Below are positions 19,293 to 28,951 of a DNA stretch of 64,000 nt, piece after piece. The DNA is taken from the NCBI GenBank assembly GCA_018897195.1, contig JAHILH010000003.1, positions 431 through 64,430 on the forward strand, read 5' to 3'. The notes beneath the pieces are model-generated. The model was not told the DNA's origin, searched no databases, and saw only the letters and a list, made by a program, of their open reading frames with translations. Made by a program: the position numbers and the translations under genes. This DNA comes from Patescibacteria group bacterium (lineage in GTDB: Bacteria; Patescibacteriota; Patescibacteriia; Patescibacteriales; UBA12075). Positions within the stretch are counted from its first letter, which is position 1. Each line of letters begins with the position of its first letter.

Positions 19293-19586
19293 TTATTGTT
19301 GAGTTGGTTCTTCAGCGCTTCCAGTGTCAGTAGCGCCGTCCATTGGCACTTCTTCTTGGCTAGAACCAACTTCTTCATCCATTGGTAAGCCAGCTTCGCC
19401 ATCACCTGGTGTTGTTACATCTGCTTCTCCAGTTTCATTGGTGGTAGTTGCTGCTATTGGATCAGCGTCTAATACTTGAAAACCACCTTGTTGTTCAGCG
19501 GGGGCATTTTTGGCGTCATCAGTTTTACTAGCGCAACCGGTTAACAATATAAGCACGGCGCTCAAGATAGCAATTTCTTTTTTCAT
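19293..19586 (-). CDS. Small acidic predicted lipoprotein
   Basis: Signal peptide with LLTG-C lipobox; low-complexity acidic tail. Confidence 0.7.
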   Translation of the reverse strand: MKKEIAILSAVLILLTGCASKTDDAKNAPAEQQGGFQVLDADPIAATTTNETGEADVTTPGDGEAGLPMDEEVGSSQEEVPMDGATDTGSAEEPTQQ

Positions 19587-19688
19587 TAGATTGTTTATTT
19601 TTCGATACTCAAAATGAGAATATCAAAAAATTTATTATATTTATAAAGATGTTCTCATTCTATCATATTCGATTTTGGAGAGCAAGAT

Positions 19689-20720
19689 TTAATCAACAAC
19701 TGGATATTTCATAATTTCTTCTAAGAATTCATCCAAGTTTACAGAGGCAACCGCGATATTGGTATCAGCAGTGCCGTAATAGATATAGAGACGATCGTCA
19801 AAGATGGCAGTGCCGGTAGGAAAGGTGACATCGCTCACTGTGCCGTTTGTTTCATACTTCTTAGTTGGCACCATAAATGGTTTTGGGAGACGGGCAATGA
19901 CGTGAGTTGGATTATCGATTTTGAGAATACAAGCGCCGGCGCTATAGATGCGGCCGTCATTTGATTCGCCAACACCGTGGTAAATGAGTAACCAACCATA
20001 TTTAGTTCGGATTGGTGGACAGCCACCACCAACATGGCGATTTTCCCAACCTTGTTCTGGTTCGAGGACGACGAACTTGGAAAGTTGTTTGATATTTCTT
20101 TCCCAATATTCTTTGGTTTTTAAAAAATAAATATGTTTGGCAGGCGCAATCTGAGTGTCAGGTAAAATGCGATGCATGAAAACATATTTGTTTTTGATTT
20201 TTTCCGGAAAGAAAAAACCGTCTTTGTCCCAGACTGTTACGTCTTCGCCGACGTAGTCAGTGTAGTATGATTTAAAAGTATAATAGTCGTCTTTTAATTT
20301 ACTGAAGCCGAATAATTTACCCACGCGGTTATAGGAAAGCTGTGGCGAAATGATGCCTCCTTTTTTGAGGTGGAATAAATCCTTACCCGAGGAATAAGCA
20401 GTCATGGCATTTTTACCATCATGCACGACATAGGTCATATAAACTAAATCGTTTATTTTGACCAAGCGCGGATCTTCAATGCCCATTTTTTCGTAGTTGA
20501 AATGAGGATACATAAAAGGCTTGGTCCAGCGTTCAACAACCTTCATCGGTCCTTCAAGACGCGCATAACCAAGACAGGACTTATTATTTTCATCAATGGC
20601 GCGATAGACCATGTGTACGGTATTGCCCTCTTGGAGAATGCCGGGATTAAAAACTGATTTGTTTTCGAATTCCAGGTTTGTTGGTCTGAGTATAACTCCT
20701 TCTTTTTTGACTTCTAGCAT
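19689..20720 (-). CDS. GH130 family glycosidase/phosphorylase
   Basis: FNPG, YRA, EDPRL, KD, HR, GGGCPPI, VTFPTG and YYGTAD motifs. Confidence 0.9.
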   Translation of the reverse strand: MLEVKKEGVILRPTNLEFENKSVFNPGILQEGNTVHMVYRAIDENNKSCLGYARLEGPMKVVERWTKPFMYPHFNYEKMGIEDPRLVKINDLVYMTYVVHDGKNAMTAYSSGKDLFHLKKGGIISPQLSYNRVGKLFGFSKLKDDYYTFKSYYTDYVGEDVTVWDKDGFFFPEKIKNKYVFMHRILPDTQIAPAKHIYFLKTKEYWERNIKQLSKFVVLEPEQGWENRHVGGGCPPIRTKYGWLLIYHGVGESNDGRIYSAGACILKIDNPTHVIARLPKPFMVPTKKYETNGTVSDVTFPTGTAIFDDRLYIYYGTADTNIAVASVNLDEFLEEIMKYPVVD

Positions 20721-20859
20721 TTGTTTATGGACTGGACGCTTAGATAGCTAGAAAACTAGACAGCTAGACGCGTCAGGATATTTATTTCCCCCTTATTCTT
20801 ATTATTTAAATTATAGCAGAAAATTATTAATCTTGAAAGTTTTTTGTTTTTTTTGATAA

Positions 20860-20893
20860 AAAAAACAGTCCCGAGCACTCGGGACTGTTTTTT
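20860..20893 (-). terminator. Intrinsic terminator of rpmB
   Basis: AAAAAACAGTCCCGAG-CA-CTCGGGACTGTTTTTT just after the rpmB stop. Confidence 0.85.
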
Positions 20894-20906
20894 ATTTGAA
20901 GAAATT

Positions 20907-21077
20907 TTATTCTTTATTGATAGTCTTGATACATTTAGTACAAACATCAGTTTTTTTGCCGTCAATTTTCTTGCTTTGCAAATTAATATATTGGCGCTTG
21001 ATAGTTTTGATATTTGAGTGTGATCTCTGAGCATCTTTTTGCGGCCCACGTCCGCATATTTCACATTTTGTAGCCAT
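20907..21077 (-). CDS. rpmB: 50S ribosomal protein bL28 (Zn-ribbon form); not in the ORF track
   Basis: Manual translation gives MATKCEICGRGPQKDAQRSHSNIKTIKRQYINLQSKKIDGKKTDVCTKCIKTINKE*, with CxxC, SHSNIKT, NLQ and VCTKC motifs. Confidence 0.93.
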   Translation of the reverse strand: MATKCEICGRGPQKDAQRSHSNIKTIKRQYINLQSKKIDGKKTDVCTKCIKTINKE

Positions 21078-21218
21078 AGCTTTTTATAATAAAAATAAAT
21101 AAAAAAAATCAATATTTGCCGTAATCGGTTATTGATGATAAAACTTTATCACATTTTGTATTTTTTTGCAAGATGTGATAATATAGGGGTTATAATAAAT
21201 AATTTATTAGATAATTCT

Positions 21219-21821
21219 ATGGAAATTGCTATATTTCAAATCATTGTTTTGATATTTTCCGCTATCTTTCACGAATATATGCATGGGTGGATGGCGAATG
21301 AGTTGGGGGACTCGACAGCTAAGGACGCTGGTCGTTTGACCATGAACCCTTTGTCACATATTGATCCAGTCGGCTCAGTGCTTTTGCCGGCGGTTTTGGT
21401 GATGACTGGCTCTCCATTTGTGTTTGGTTGGGCTAAACCAGTGCCATTTAATCCTTATAATCTAAGCGATAAAAAATATGGCGCTGCCAAGGTGGCGATA
21501 GCCGGACCATTGGGAAATCTTATGATAGCGATATTTTTTGGCCTAGTGTTGCGTTTTTTCCCGATTGCCTCAATGGCCATGGTGAGTTTTATGCAATTGA
21601 TAGTTTATATTAATCTTTTGTTAATGGTGTTTAATCTTGTGCCGATACCACCAATGGACGGATCCAAGGTCTTAATGCCGTTTTTGCCATATAATTGGCA
21701 GGTAAAATATGCCAGTCTGGAAAGATACGGCATGATGTTGGTTTTATTTTTTGTGATGTTTGGTTTTCAGTTGATTATTCCGGTGATTGAGTTTTTGTTC
21801 AAGTTGATAGTTGGGATTTAA
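21219..21821 (+). CDS. Site-2 protease (peptidase M50)
   Basis: HEYMH, GRLTMNPLSHID, AGPLGN and FNLVPIPPMDG motifs; start moved to ATG 21219. Confidence 0.9.
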   Translation: MEIAIFQIIVLIFSAIFHEYMHGWMANELGDSTAKDAGRLTMNPLSHIDPVGSVLLPAVLVMTGSPFVFGWAKPVPFNPYNLSDKKYGAAKVAIAGPLGNLMIAIFFGLVLRFFPIASMAMVSFMQLIVYINLLLMVFNLVPIPPMDGSKVLMPFLPYNWQVKYASLERYGMMLVLFFVMFGFQLIIPVIEFLFKLIVGI

Positions 21822-22093
21822 AACTCGTAATGATAGGAGTAGTATCGACCATTCTCTTGATCAAAACCGACTTTGGCTTCAAATCTTTTGTAACTATTGG
21901 AAAAATCCAAAGGGGAGTAGGCATTAGCTAAAGTTTTGGCCACAAAAACCCCCGAAAAAAACATCAGGGTAAAAAATAATATCAGTGAGACAATTATCGT
22001 CTTCATTAAAGTGACAGCATGGGACAATAATTTTTTAAAAACTAAGTCAAACTTAGCACTAATAAATTTTTTGTCAATGAAGAATTCTTTCAT
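21818..22093 (-). CDS. Small hypothetical membrane/secreted protein
   Basis: One hydrophobic segment; start uncertain. Confidence 0.4.
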   Translation of the reverse strand: MKEFFIDKKFISAKFDLVFKKLLSHAVTLMKTIIVSLILFFTLMFFSGVFVAKTLANAYSPLDFSNSYKRFEAKVGFDQENGRYYSYHYEF

Positions 22094-22199
22094 TAATATT
22101 GGATAAGAAAATGAAATATAGTAATCGAATTATGTAGTAGCTAATATTAGGTAATAATTCGTATTTATGTTCTTGCGGTAGATGAGTTGTATCGTGGTC

Positions 22200-22228
22200 T
22201 TGACTTATTTAAAGTTTTTTGATAAATT
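22200..22228 (+). promoter_or_regulatory. str operon promoter
   Basis: TTGACT-N17-TAAATT with a TG extension. Confidence 0.55.
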
Positions 22229-22304
22229 AAACAATAACATCCTGAGTTTTTATCGGGGTTGTTTTTGTTAACACATGATTTATAAAAAGTAAAAAACAGT
22301 TTTT

Positions 22305-22724
22305 ATGCCAACAATTAATCAATTAGTTCGAAAAGGAAGAACCAAAACTACAACTAAGAGCAAATTTCCAGCTTTGCAATTTACCATGGATACTCTTCAT
22401 CGTAAAAGAACTGAGTTGAAAAGAGGCGCATCTTTTAAAAGAGGTGTATGTTTGAAGGTTACAACAACAACTCCAAAGAAACCAAACTCCGCTTTACGTA
22501 AAATCGCTAGAGTTAGACTTTCTAACGGTTCAGAAGTAACAGCTTATATTCCTGGTATCGGACACAATTTACAAGAACACTCAATCGTATTACTAAAAGG
22601 TGGTAAGACAAAAGATTTGGGTGGTGTTCGTTACAAGGTAGTGCGTGGTGTTTACGATGCTCAAGGCGTTGCAAATAGAAAGCAATCCAGATCATCTTAC
22701 GGCGCTAAGCGAGAAAAGAAATAA
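22305..22724 (+). CDS. rpsL: 30S ribosomal protein uS12
   Basis: [21 protein letters not shown] and GHNLQEHS. Confidence 0.98.
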   Translation: MPTINQLVRKGRTKTTTKSKFPALQFTMDTLHRKRTELKRGASFKRGVCLKVTTTTPKKPNSALRKIARVRLSNGSEVTAYIPGIGHNLQEHSIVLLKGGKTKDLGGVRYKVVRGVYDAQGVANRKQSRSSYGAKREKK

Positions 22725-22747
22725 TTAAAATAATTTAAACTATATAT

Positions 22748-23215
22748 ATGCGTGGAAAACAAGCACCAAAAAGAGAAATAGAAGGCGATATTAAGTATAA
22801 TGATACTGATATTTCTAAATTCATCAATTATATCATGCAAAGAGGCAAGAAAACTGTCGCGCAAGGTATTGTTTACGATGCTTTTGAAATTATCAAAGAT
22901 AAAACCAAACAAGATCCAAGACACGTCTTTAACAAGGCTTTGAAGAAAATCATGCCTTTATTGGAGGTTCGCGGCAAGCGCGTTGGTGGTGCAAACTACC
23001 AAGTTCCTTTTCAAGTAAGAGGTGAAAGAAGATTTTCTTTGGGTTGCAACTGGTTGATCGAGGCCGCTAAGGATAGAAAGGGTAAACCGATGAACGTAAA
23101 ATTGGCTGACGAAATTTTGGCAGCATCTGCTGGCGAAGGCGCAGCAGTTCGAAAGAGAGAGGCTGTACATAGAATGGCTGAAGCTAACAAGGCTTTTGCT
23201 CACTTTGCAAGATAA
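22748..23215 (+). CDS. rpsG: 30S ribosomal protein uS7
   Basis: RVGGANYQVP and HRMAEANKAFAH. Confidence 0.98.
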   Translation: MRGKQAPKREIEGDIKYNDTDISKFINYIMQRGKKTVAQGIVYDAFEIIKDKTKQDPRHVFNKALKKIMPLLEVRGKRVGGANYQVPFQVRGERRFSLGCNWLIEAAKDRKGKPMNVKLADEILAASAGEGAAVRKREAVHRMAEANKAFAHFAR

Positions 23216-23357
23216 TTACCGACCTGAATTATTAATTTGATGTTTAACATTTCACATAACAAACAAATACAAAAAGAACTGTAATAAATAATCAAAGCCA
23301 CGCTTTGTTGAAAACACTTATTACAGTTTTTATTGTTTAAATAATTGATTTAAATTT

Positions 23358-25445
23358 ATGTCTCGAGAATACTCATTGGAAAAAACAAGAAATATAGGAA
23401 TCATGGCGCACATCGATGCTGGTAAAACTACTTTTACTGAGCGTGTGCTTTTTTATACTGGTAAAAAACATAAAATTGGTGAAACTCATGACGGTGCTGC
23501 CGACATGGATTGGATGGAACAAGAAAAAGAGCGTGGTATTACAATTACCTCAGCGGCTACAACTTGTTTCTGGAAAGACAATCGTATCAATATTATCGAC
23601 ACTCCTGGTCACGTGGACTTTACTGTAGAGGTAGAGCGTTCTTTGCGTGTGCTTGATGGTGCTGTGGCTGTATTTGACGGATCTGCTGGTGTAGAGCCAC
23701 AATCTGAAACAGTATGGAGACAAGCAGACAAGTATAATGTGCCAAGACTTTGTTTTGTAAATAAAATGGACAAGATGGGTGGTGATTTCTTTATGAGCTT
23801 GGACTCTATTCGAGATAGATTGAATGATAAGGCTGTGGCAATTCAATTGCCAATCGGTGCCGAAGACACTATGCGTGGTATTGTTGATTTAGTAACCTTG
23901 AAAGGTTATGAATTTAAGGGCGCTTCTGGTGAACAAATTATAGAAATTCCTATTCCTGATGATATGCAAGAAGTGGTGAAGAAATTTCGTGAAGAAATGC
24001 TTGACCGTGTAGTTGAATGCGATGATGCCTTGATGGAGAAATATTTAGGCGGTGAAGAAGTGACTATTGATGAATTGAAAAGAGCAATTAGAAAAGGTGT
24101 ATTGGGTAATATGATTTACCCGGTATTAGCTGGAACAGCTTTGCAAAATATTGGTGTACAGTTTGCACTTGATGCGGTAGTTGATTACTTGCCATCTCCA
24201 CTTGACGTGCCACCAATCGTAGCGACTGATCCAAATGATGCTGAACATGAGATTGAAGTAACAGCCAAGGATGATGCGCCTTTTGCGGCTTTAGCATTTA
24301 AAATTGCGACTGATCCGTTTGTGGGTAAATTATGCTTTGTGCGTGTTTACAGTGGCGTTTTACAATCCGGTTCTTATGTTTACAACTCTTCTAATGGTAA
24401 GAGAGAAAGAATTGGTCGCTTGGTAAGAATGCACGCTAACTCAAGAGAAGAAATTAAAGAAGTGCACTCTGGTGACATTGCAGCTGTAATCGGTTTAAAA
24501 GAAACAATTACTGGTCATACTTTATGTAATGAAGATAAGAAATTGGTTTTGGAGTCAATTACATTCCCAGAGCCAGTTATTAAGATTGCGGTTGAACCAA
24601 AGACAAAAGTTGATCAAGAAAAAATGGGAACAGCTTTACAAAAACTGGCTGAAGAAGATCCAACATTCCGTGTTGAAACAGATGAGGAAACAAATCAAAC
24701 TTTGATTTCCGGTATGGGTGAATTACATTTGGATATTATCGTAGATAGAATGAGACGCGAATTTGGCGTTGAAGCAAATATTGGTAAACCACAAGTATCA
24801 TATAGAGAAACAATTAGAACTACTGGCGAGGGTGAGGGTAAGCACGTGAAGCAATCCGGTGGACGTGGTCAGTATGGTCATTGTTATCTTCGTCTTGAAC
24901 CAGCTGGAGCTGGTGTTGGCAACAGCTTTGTTGATGAAACAAAGGGTGGTTCTATTCCTCGTGAATTTATTCCGGCAATTGATAAGGGTGTGAAAGAAGC
25001 TTTGGGTCGCGGTGTTATCGCTGGCTTTCCAATGGTTGATGTGAAGGTGGCCGTTACTGACGGTTCTTACCATGATGTGGATTCATCTGAAGCAGCGTTT
25101 AAGATGGCGGCGATTCTAGGGTTTAGAGAAGCGGCGAAGAACGCAGGTGCAGTATTATTGGAACCAATCATGAAAGTAGAAGTAGTAACTCCGGAAGAAT
25201 ATATGGGTAACATTGTGGGTGATTTGAATTCAAGACGTGGTCAAGTTGATAGAATGGAAGATAGAGCCAAGAGCAAGGTAATCGACGCGAAAGTGCCATT
25301 GTCTTCGATGTTTGGTTATGCAACTGAGCTTCGCTCAATGAGTCAAGGACGCGCTGCTTATTCTATGGAATTCTTGCATTATTCAGAAGCACCGAAGCAC
25401 ATTGTGGCTGAGATTGCTGGTGAGAAGGAAAAGGAGAAGAAATAA
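23358..25445 (+). CDS. fusA: Elongation factor G
   Basis: [23 protein letters not shown] and GMGELHL. Confidence 0.99.
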   Translation: MSREYSLEKTRNIGIMAHIDAGKTTFTERVLFYTGKKHKIGETHDGAADMDWMEQEKERGITITSAATTCFWKDNRINIIDTPGHVDFTVEVERSLRVLDGAVAVFDGSAGVEPQSETVWRQADKYNVPRLCFVNKMDKMGGDFFMSLDSIRDRLNDKAVAIQLPIGAEDTMRGIVDLVTLKGYEFKGASGEQIIEIPIPDDMQEVVKKFREEMLDRVVECDDALMEKYLGGEEVTIDELKRAIRKGVLGNMIYPVLAGTALQNIGVQFALDAVVDYLPSPLDVPPIVATDPNDAEHEIEVTAKDDAPFAALAFKIATDPFVGKLCFVRVYSGVLQSGSYVYNSSNGKRERIGRLVRMHANSREEIKEVHSGDIAAVIGLKETITGHTLCNEDKKLVLESITFPEPVIKIAVEPKTKVDQEKMGTALQKLAEEDPTFRVETDEETNQTLISGMGELHLDIIVDRMRREFGVEANIGKPQVSYRETIRTTGEGEGKHVKQSGGRGQYGHCYLRLEPAGAGVGNSFVDETKGGSIPREFIPAIDKGVKEALGRGVIAGFPMVDVKVAVTDGSYHDVDSSEAAFKMAAILGFREAAKNAGAVLLEPIMKVEVVTPEEYMGNIVGDLNSRRGQVDRMEDRAKSKVIDAKVPLSSMFGYATELRSMSQGRAAYSMEFLHYSEAPKHIVAEIAGEKEKEKK

Positions 25446-25468
25446 ATCATAATCCAGAATTAAATAAT

Positions 25469-25978
25469 ATGCATAGTCAATTACAGAGAGCTATAAATAT
25501 TGCAAAAAAAACTGGCGATAAATTAATTGTCATTGATTCTCGTGAACCGGAAAATTCTTATGTTCTGATTCCTTTTGATGAATATGAACGTGATTTGGAA
25601 GCCAGTAATTGTAATTGCTGCGAAGATGAGGAATATTACAGTGAGGATGAAAATGCCGAAGAGGACGAAAAAATTGATTTCGACAATGATTATGAGGGTG
25701 AAAATGATTTTTATGCCCCGGTCGACAACCACTTGACAGAAGAGGAGCGAATTGATAAAATAAATCGCGACCTCTCAATTTCGAAAGAGGATAATTTGTC
25801 AAACGAAAGCGATTTTGATAAAATGAATTTTTTGGAAGGTAATTTTGACCGACGTGTGGATTTTTCCGAAGAGCATAGTGGTAAAAGTGGACATTGGAGT
25901 ATCCCAAAGAATATTAAAGAGGTAGCCGAGGAGGTGATTGAAGAAGATAGACACTATTTAGAGGAAATAACTTTTTAA
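25469..25978 (+). CDS. Acidic hypothetical protein inserted between fusA and tuf
   Basis: Fills the gap, co-oriented; compact N-terminus and D/E-rich body. Confidence 0.8.
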   Translation: MHSQLQRAINIAKKTGDKLIVIDSREPENSYVLIPFDEYERDLEASNCNCCEDEEYYSEDENAEEDEKIDFDNDYEGENDFYAPVDNHLTEEERIDKINRDLSISKEDNLSNESDFDKMNFLEGNFDRRVDFSEEHSGKSGHWSIPKNIKEVAEEVIEEDRHYLEEITF

Positions 25979-25990
25979 AATAAAAGTTTT

Positions 25991-26038
25991 GGTCATTGGA
26001 GCATAAGCTCCTGACTATATATAAAACTAAAAGTTTTA
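25991..26038 (+). ncRNA. Two-hairpin intergenic motif, copy 1 (upstream of tuf)
   Basis: GGTCA-TT-GGAGC-ATAA-GCTCC-TGACT-ATATA-TAAAACT-AAA-AGTTTTA. Confidence 0.7.
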
Positions 26039-26125
26039 ATAAATAATTAACATAATAAAATTAATTTTAACGACTGGACAAAACTCTCTCAGTTTTAAAC
26101 TAAGTAGAGGTCGTAAGCTAAAAAA

Positions 26126-27313
26126 ATGGCAGAAAAATTCGAACGCAACAAGCCACATCTTAATGTGGGAACAATTGGTCACGTTGACCACGGTAAAACA
26201 ACATTAACAGCCGCTATCTTGAAGGTGGCAGCCGCTAATGGTTTGATGTCATCTCACAAGGATGTAGATCAAATTGACGCAGCGCCGGAAGAAAAAGCTC
26301 GTGGTATTACTATCGCGACAGCTCACGTTGAATATGAATCAACATTGAGACATTATGCTCACGTAGATTGTCCTGGTCACGCTGACTATGTAAAGAACAT
26401 GATTACTGGTGCCGCTCAAATGGACGGTGCAGTATTGGTAGTAGCCGCAACAGACGGACCTATGCCTCAAACAAGAGAGCACATCCTTTTGGCTAGACAA
26501 GTTGGTATCGGTCACATCGTAGTATTTTTGAACAAATGCGATATGGTTGAAGACCAAGAATTGATCGACCTTGTGGAAGAAGAAATCAGAGACTTGTTGA
26601 AGAAATATGAATTTGACGGTGATAATACAAGAATCATCAGAGGTTCAGCTTTGAAAGCTCTTGAAAATCCAACAGGTGAATACGGTTTGAAAGTAATGGA
26701 ATTGTTGACTGCTTTAGACGAAGCTATTCCAGAACCAGTTCGTGATACTGATAAAACATTCTTAATGCCTATTGAAGACGTCTTCTCAATCGAAGGTCGT
26801 GGTACAGTAGTTACAGGTAGAATTGAAAGAGGTATTTTGAAAGTTGGTGATGAATGTGAAATCGTTGGTTTGATGGATACAAAGAAAACAGTGGTAACTG
26901 GTATCGAAATGTTTAACAAGCAGTTAGACAGTGGTATGGCTGGTGACAATGCTGGTGTATTACTTCGTGGTACAAAGAAAAATGAAGTTGAGCGTGGACA
27001 AGTTTTGGCTAAAACTGGAACTGTAACACCTCACACTGAATTTGAAGCTGAAGTTTACATTTTGTCAAAAGAAGAAGGCGGTAGACACAAGCCATTCTTC
27101 AAGGGTTACAAGCCTCAATTCTATATCAGAACAACTGATGTTACTGGTGAAGTAGAATTGCCAGAAGGAACTGAAATGGTAATGCCTGGTGATACTATCA
27201 ACTTCAAGGTGAAACTTATTTCTCCAATTGCTTTGGAAGAAAAAATGAGATTCGCTATTCGTGAAGGTGGTAGAACAGTAGGTGCCGGTGTAGTAGTTAA
27301 AGTAATTAAGTAA
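26126..27313 (+). CDS. tuf: Elongation factor Tu
   Basis: [21 protein letters not shown] and REGGRTVG. Confidence 0.99.
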   Translation: MAEKFERNKPHLNVGTIGHVDHGKTTLTAAILKVAAANGLMSSHKDVDQIDAAPEEKARGITIATAHVEYESTLRHYAHVDCPGHADYVKNMITGAAQMDGAVLVVAATDGPMPQTREHILLARQVGIGHIVVFLNKCDMVEDQELIDLVEEEIRDLLKKYEFDGDNTRIIRGSALKALENPTGEYGLKVMELLTALDEAIPEPVRDTDKTFLMPIEDVFSIEGRGTVVTGRIERGILKVGDECEIVGLMDTKKTVVTGIEMFNKQLDSGMAGDNAGVLLRGTKKNEVERGQVLAKTGTVTPHTEFEAEVYILSKEEGGRHKPFFKGYKPQFYIRTTDVTGEVELPEGTEMVMPGDTINFKVKLISPIALEEKMRFAIREGGRTVGAGVVVKVIK

Positions 27314-27320
27314 ATACTTT

Positions 27321-27351
27321 GTCCCGCCTCGGTCTCAAGTTGAGGCGGGAT
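27321..27351 (+). other. GC-rich hairpin after tuf (3' stabiliser or weak terminator)
   Basis: GTCCCGCCTCGG-N7-TTGAGGCGGGAT, with no clear U-tract. Confidence 0.55.
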
Positions 27352-27397
27352 TGTATTATTTATTTAAAAATAATTAACATTATTTAAAGATTTCAAG

Positions 27398-27751
27398 ATG
27401 ACAGCAGAAAAAAAATCCAAAAAAGAAACAGGCGAGAAAGATGATTCTAAACAAAAAATTAGAATCAAGATTAAGGCCTTTGATCATAAGATCATTGACC
27501 AGTCAACAAAGACAATTATTGACACCGTGAACAGAAGCGGTGCTAGCGTTTTTGGTCCTATTCCACTTCCAGTGGAAAAAAAGAGATACACTGTGAATCG
27601 ATCAACTTTCGTTCACAAGACAGCTAGAGATCAATATGAAATCAGAACTCACAAGAGACTGATTGATATTATTGACCCTACGCCAAAGACTATCGAGGAT
27701 TTGACAAGTCTAAGCTTACCAGCCGGTGTTGATATTGAAATAAAGATGTAA
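27398..27751 (+). CDS. rpsJ: 30S ribosomal protein uS10
   Basis: [24 protein letters not shown] and LPAGVDI. Confidence 0.98.
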   Translation: MTAEKKSKKETGEKDDSKQKIRIKIKAFDHKIIDQSTKTIIDTVNRSGASVFGPIPLPVEKKRYTVNRSTFVHKTARDQYEIRTHKRLIDIIDPTPKTIEDLTSLSLPAGVDIEIKM

Positions 27752-27836
27752 TCCATTTTTGTTTAAATATTTGCCAAATTTTTATATTTATATTATATAT
27801 AATATAAAATGGCTAATATTGAATAATTAAAAGGAC

Positions 27837-27865
27837 TTGCATTTTTTAAAAAGATGGCATATAAT
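27837..27865 (+). promoter_or_regulatory. Promoter upstream of rplC
   Basis: TTGCAT-N17-TATAAT. Confidence 0.7.
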
Positions 27866-27876
27866 GTCATTATATA

Positions 27877-28047
27877 AGTAGAGCTATCTTGTATTGTTTT
27901 AGTAACTCACTGCTAGCGCGGTGACAGTGCTTTAATGATGGATAAATAGCTAAACTAGAAAGGATTAAGTTAACAAAAAGATACAGTACAACTCAGAAGA
28001 TAATTCTATTATTTTTTAGTGCTGGTTTTGTTATAAACCAGTTTTTT
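27877..28047 (+). ncRNA. Putative structured leader/attenuator of the rplC operon
   Basis: 27877-27890 pairs with 27997-28010 (13/14 counting GU); 27891-27897 pairs with 27983-27989; followed by terminator GCTGGTTT-N6-AAACCAGT-TTTTT. Confidence 0.55.
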
Positions 28048-28107
28048 GTTTCTTAAATCCTTAAATTATCCGCTCCAAGCGGATCTGCGACAATAACAGA
28101 ATATTTT

Positions 28108-28923
28108 ATGAAATTTATTATAGGTAAAAAACAAGAAATGACTCAACTTTGGAAGAATGACAAAGTTGTTGCAGTAACCTTAGTTAAGGCTGAACCAAAC
28201 ATTGTAGTTCAAGTAAAAAATGAAGCTACTGATGGTTATTCAGCATTGCAAATGGGTTTTGGCGTTCGCAAAGAAAAGAATATCAAGAAACCACAATTAG
28301 GTCATATGAAGGGCTTGGGCAGTTTTGCTAAACTTCGTGAGTTCAGAACTGAAGGCGTAGAAGCTAAGAAGGGTGATGTGGTTGGCGTTGAAACATTTCA
28401 AGAAGGTGATATTATCCAAGTAACTGCTAACTCCAAAGGAAAAGGTTTTCAAGGTGTAGTAAAGAGACATGGTTTCAAAGGTCAGATTAAGACTCATGGT
28501 ACTAAGGATCAAGTTAGAATGCCTGGCTCGATTGGTGCTAAAGGCCCTGCTCATGTATTTAAAGGTACAAGAATGGGAGGTCGCATGGGTGGCAAGAGAA
28601 TTACAACTAGCAATTTGGAAATTATCAAAGTTGATATTGAAAATAATATTTTATACATCAAGGGTGCTGTACCAGGAGCAATTAACGGCTTGGTAATGAT
28701 TAAGGGCAAAGGTGAATTAAAATTTATTGAAGAGAAGACTGTTCCAGTTGAAGAAAAGGTTGAAGAAAAGGTTGAAGAAAAAGTTGAAGAGGTGGTTGAA
28801 GAGAAAGTGGTGGAAGTTAAGGAAGAGGTTAAGGCTGAAGAAGTAGTAAAAGCTGAAGAAAATATTGAACAAGTAGTAATTGAAGCTGGCAAAAAAATTG
28901 AAGACGAAGAAGCTTCAAAATAA
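28108..28923 (+). CDS. rplC: 50S ribosomal protein uL3 with an acidic C-terminal extension
   Basis: SKGKGFQGVVKRHGF, RMPGSIG and KGAVPG. Confidence 0.98.
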   Translation: MKFIIGKKQEMTQLWKNDKVVAVTLVKAEPNIVVQVKNEATDGYSALQMGFGVRKEKNIKKPQLGHMKGLGSFAKLREFRTEGVEAKKGDVVGVETFQEGDIIQVTANSKGKGFQGVVKRHGFKGQIKTHGTKDQVRMPGSIGAKGPAHVFKGTRMGGRMGGKRITTSNLEIIKVDIENNILYIKGAVPGAINGLVMIKGKGELKFIEEKTVPVEEKVEEKVEEKVEEVVEEKVVEVKEEVKAEEVVKAEENIEQVVIEAGKKIEDEEASK

Positions 28924-28951
28924 TTATTGATAACTAAGTTTTTTAAATAGT

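Noticed and set aside
19689..20720. Possible 'pesticidal Cry7Aa' label often attached to such proteins
   Set aside because: The motifs are GH130; there are no Cry toxin features.
20741..20771. 8-bp-period TAGAnnnC tandem upstream of GH130
   Set aside because: Four short degenerate units; no function can be supported.
20756..21112. 118-aa minus-strand ORF from the track
   Set aside because: It overlaps rpmB in another frame and runs through its terminator.
25469..25978. Toxin-antitoxin module
   Set aside because: There is no adjacent toxin ORF, only a weak N-terminal resemblance to Phd/YefM.
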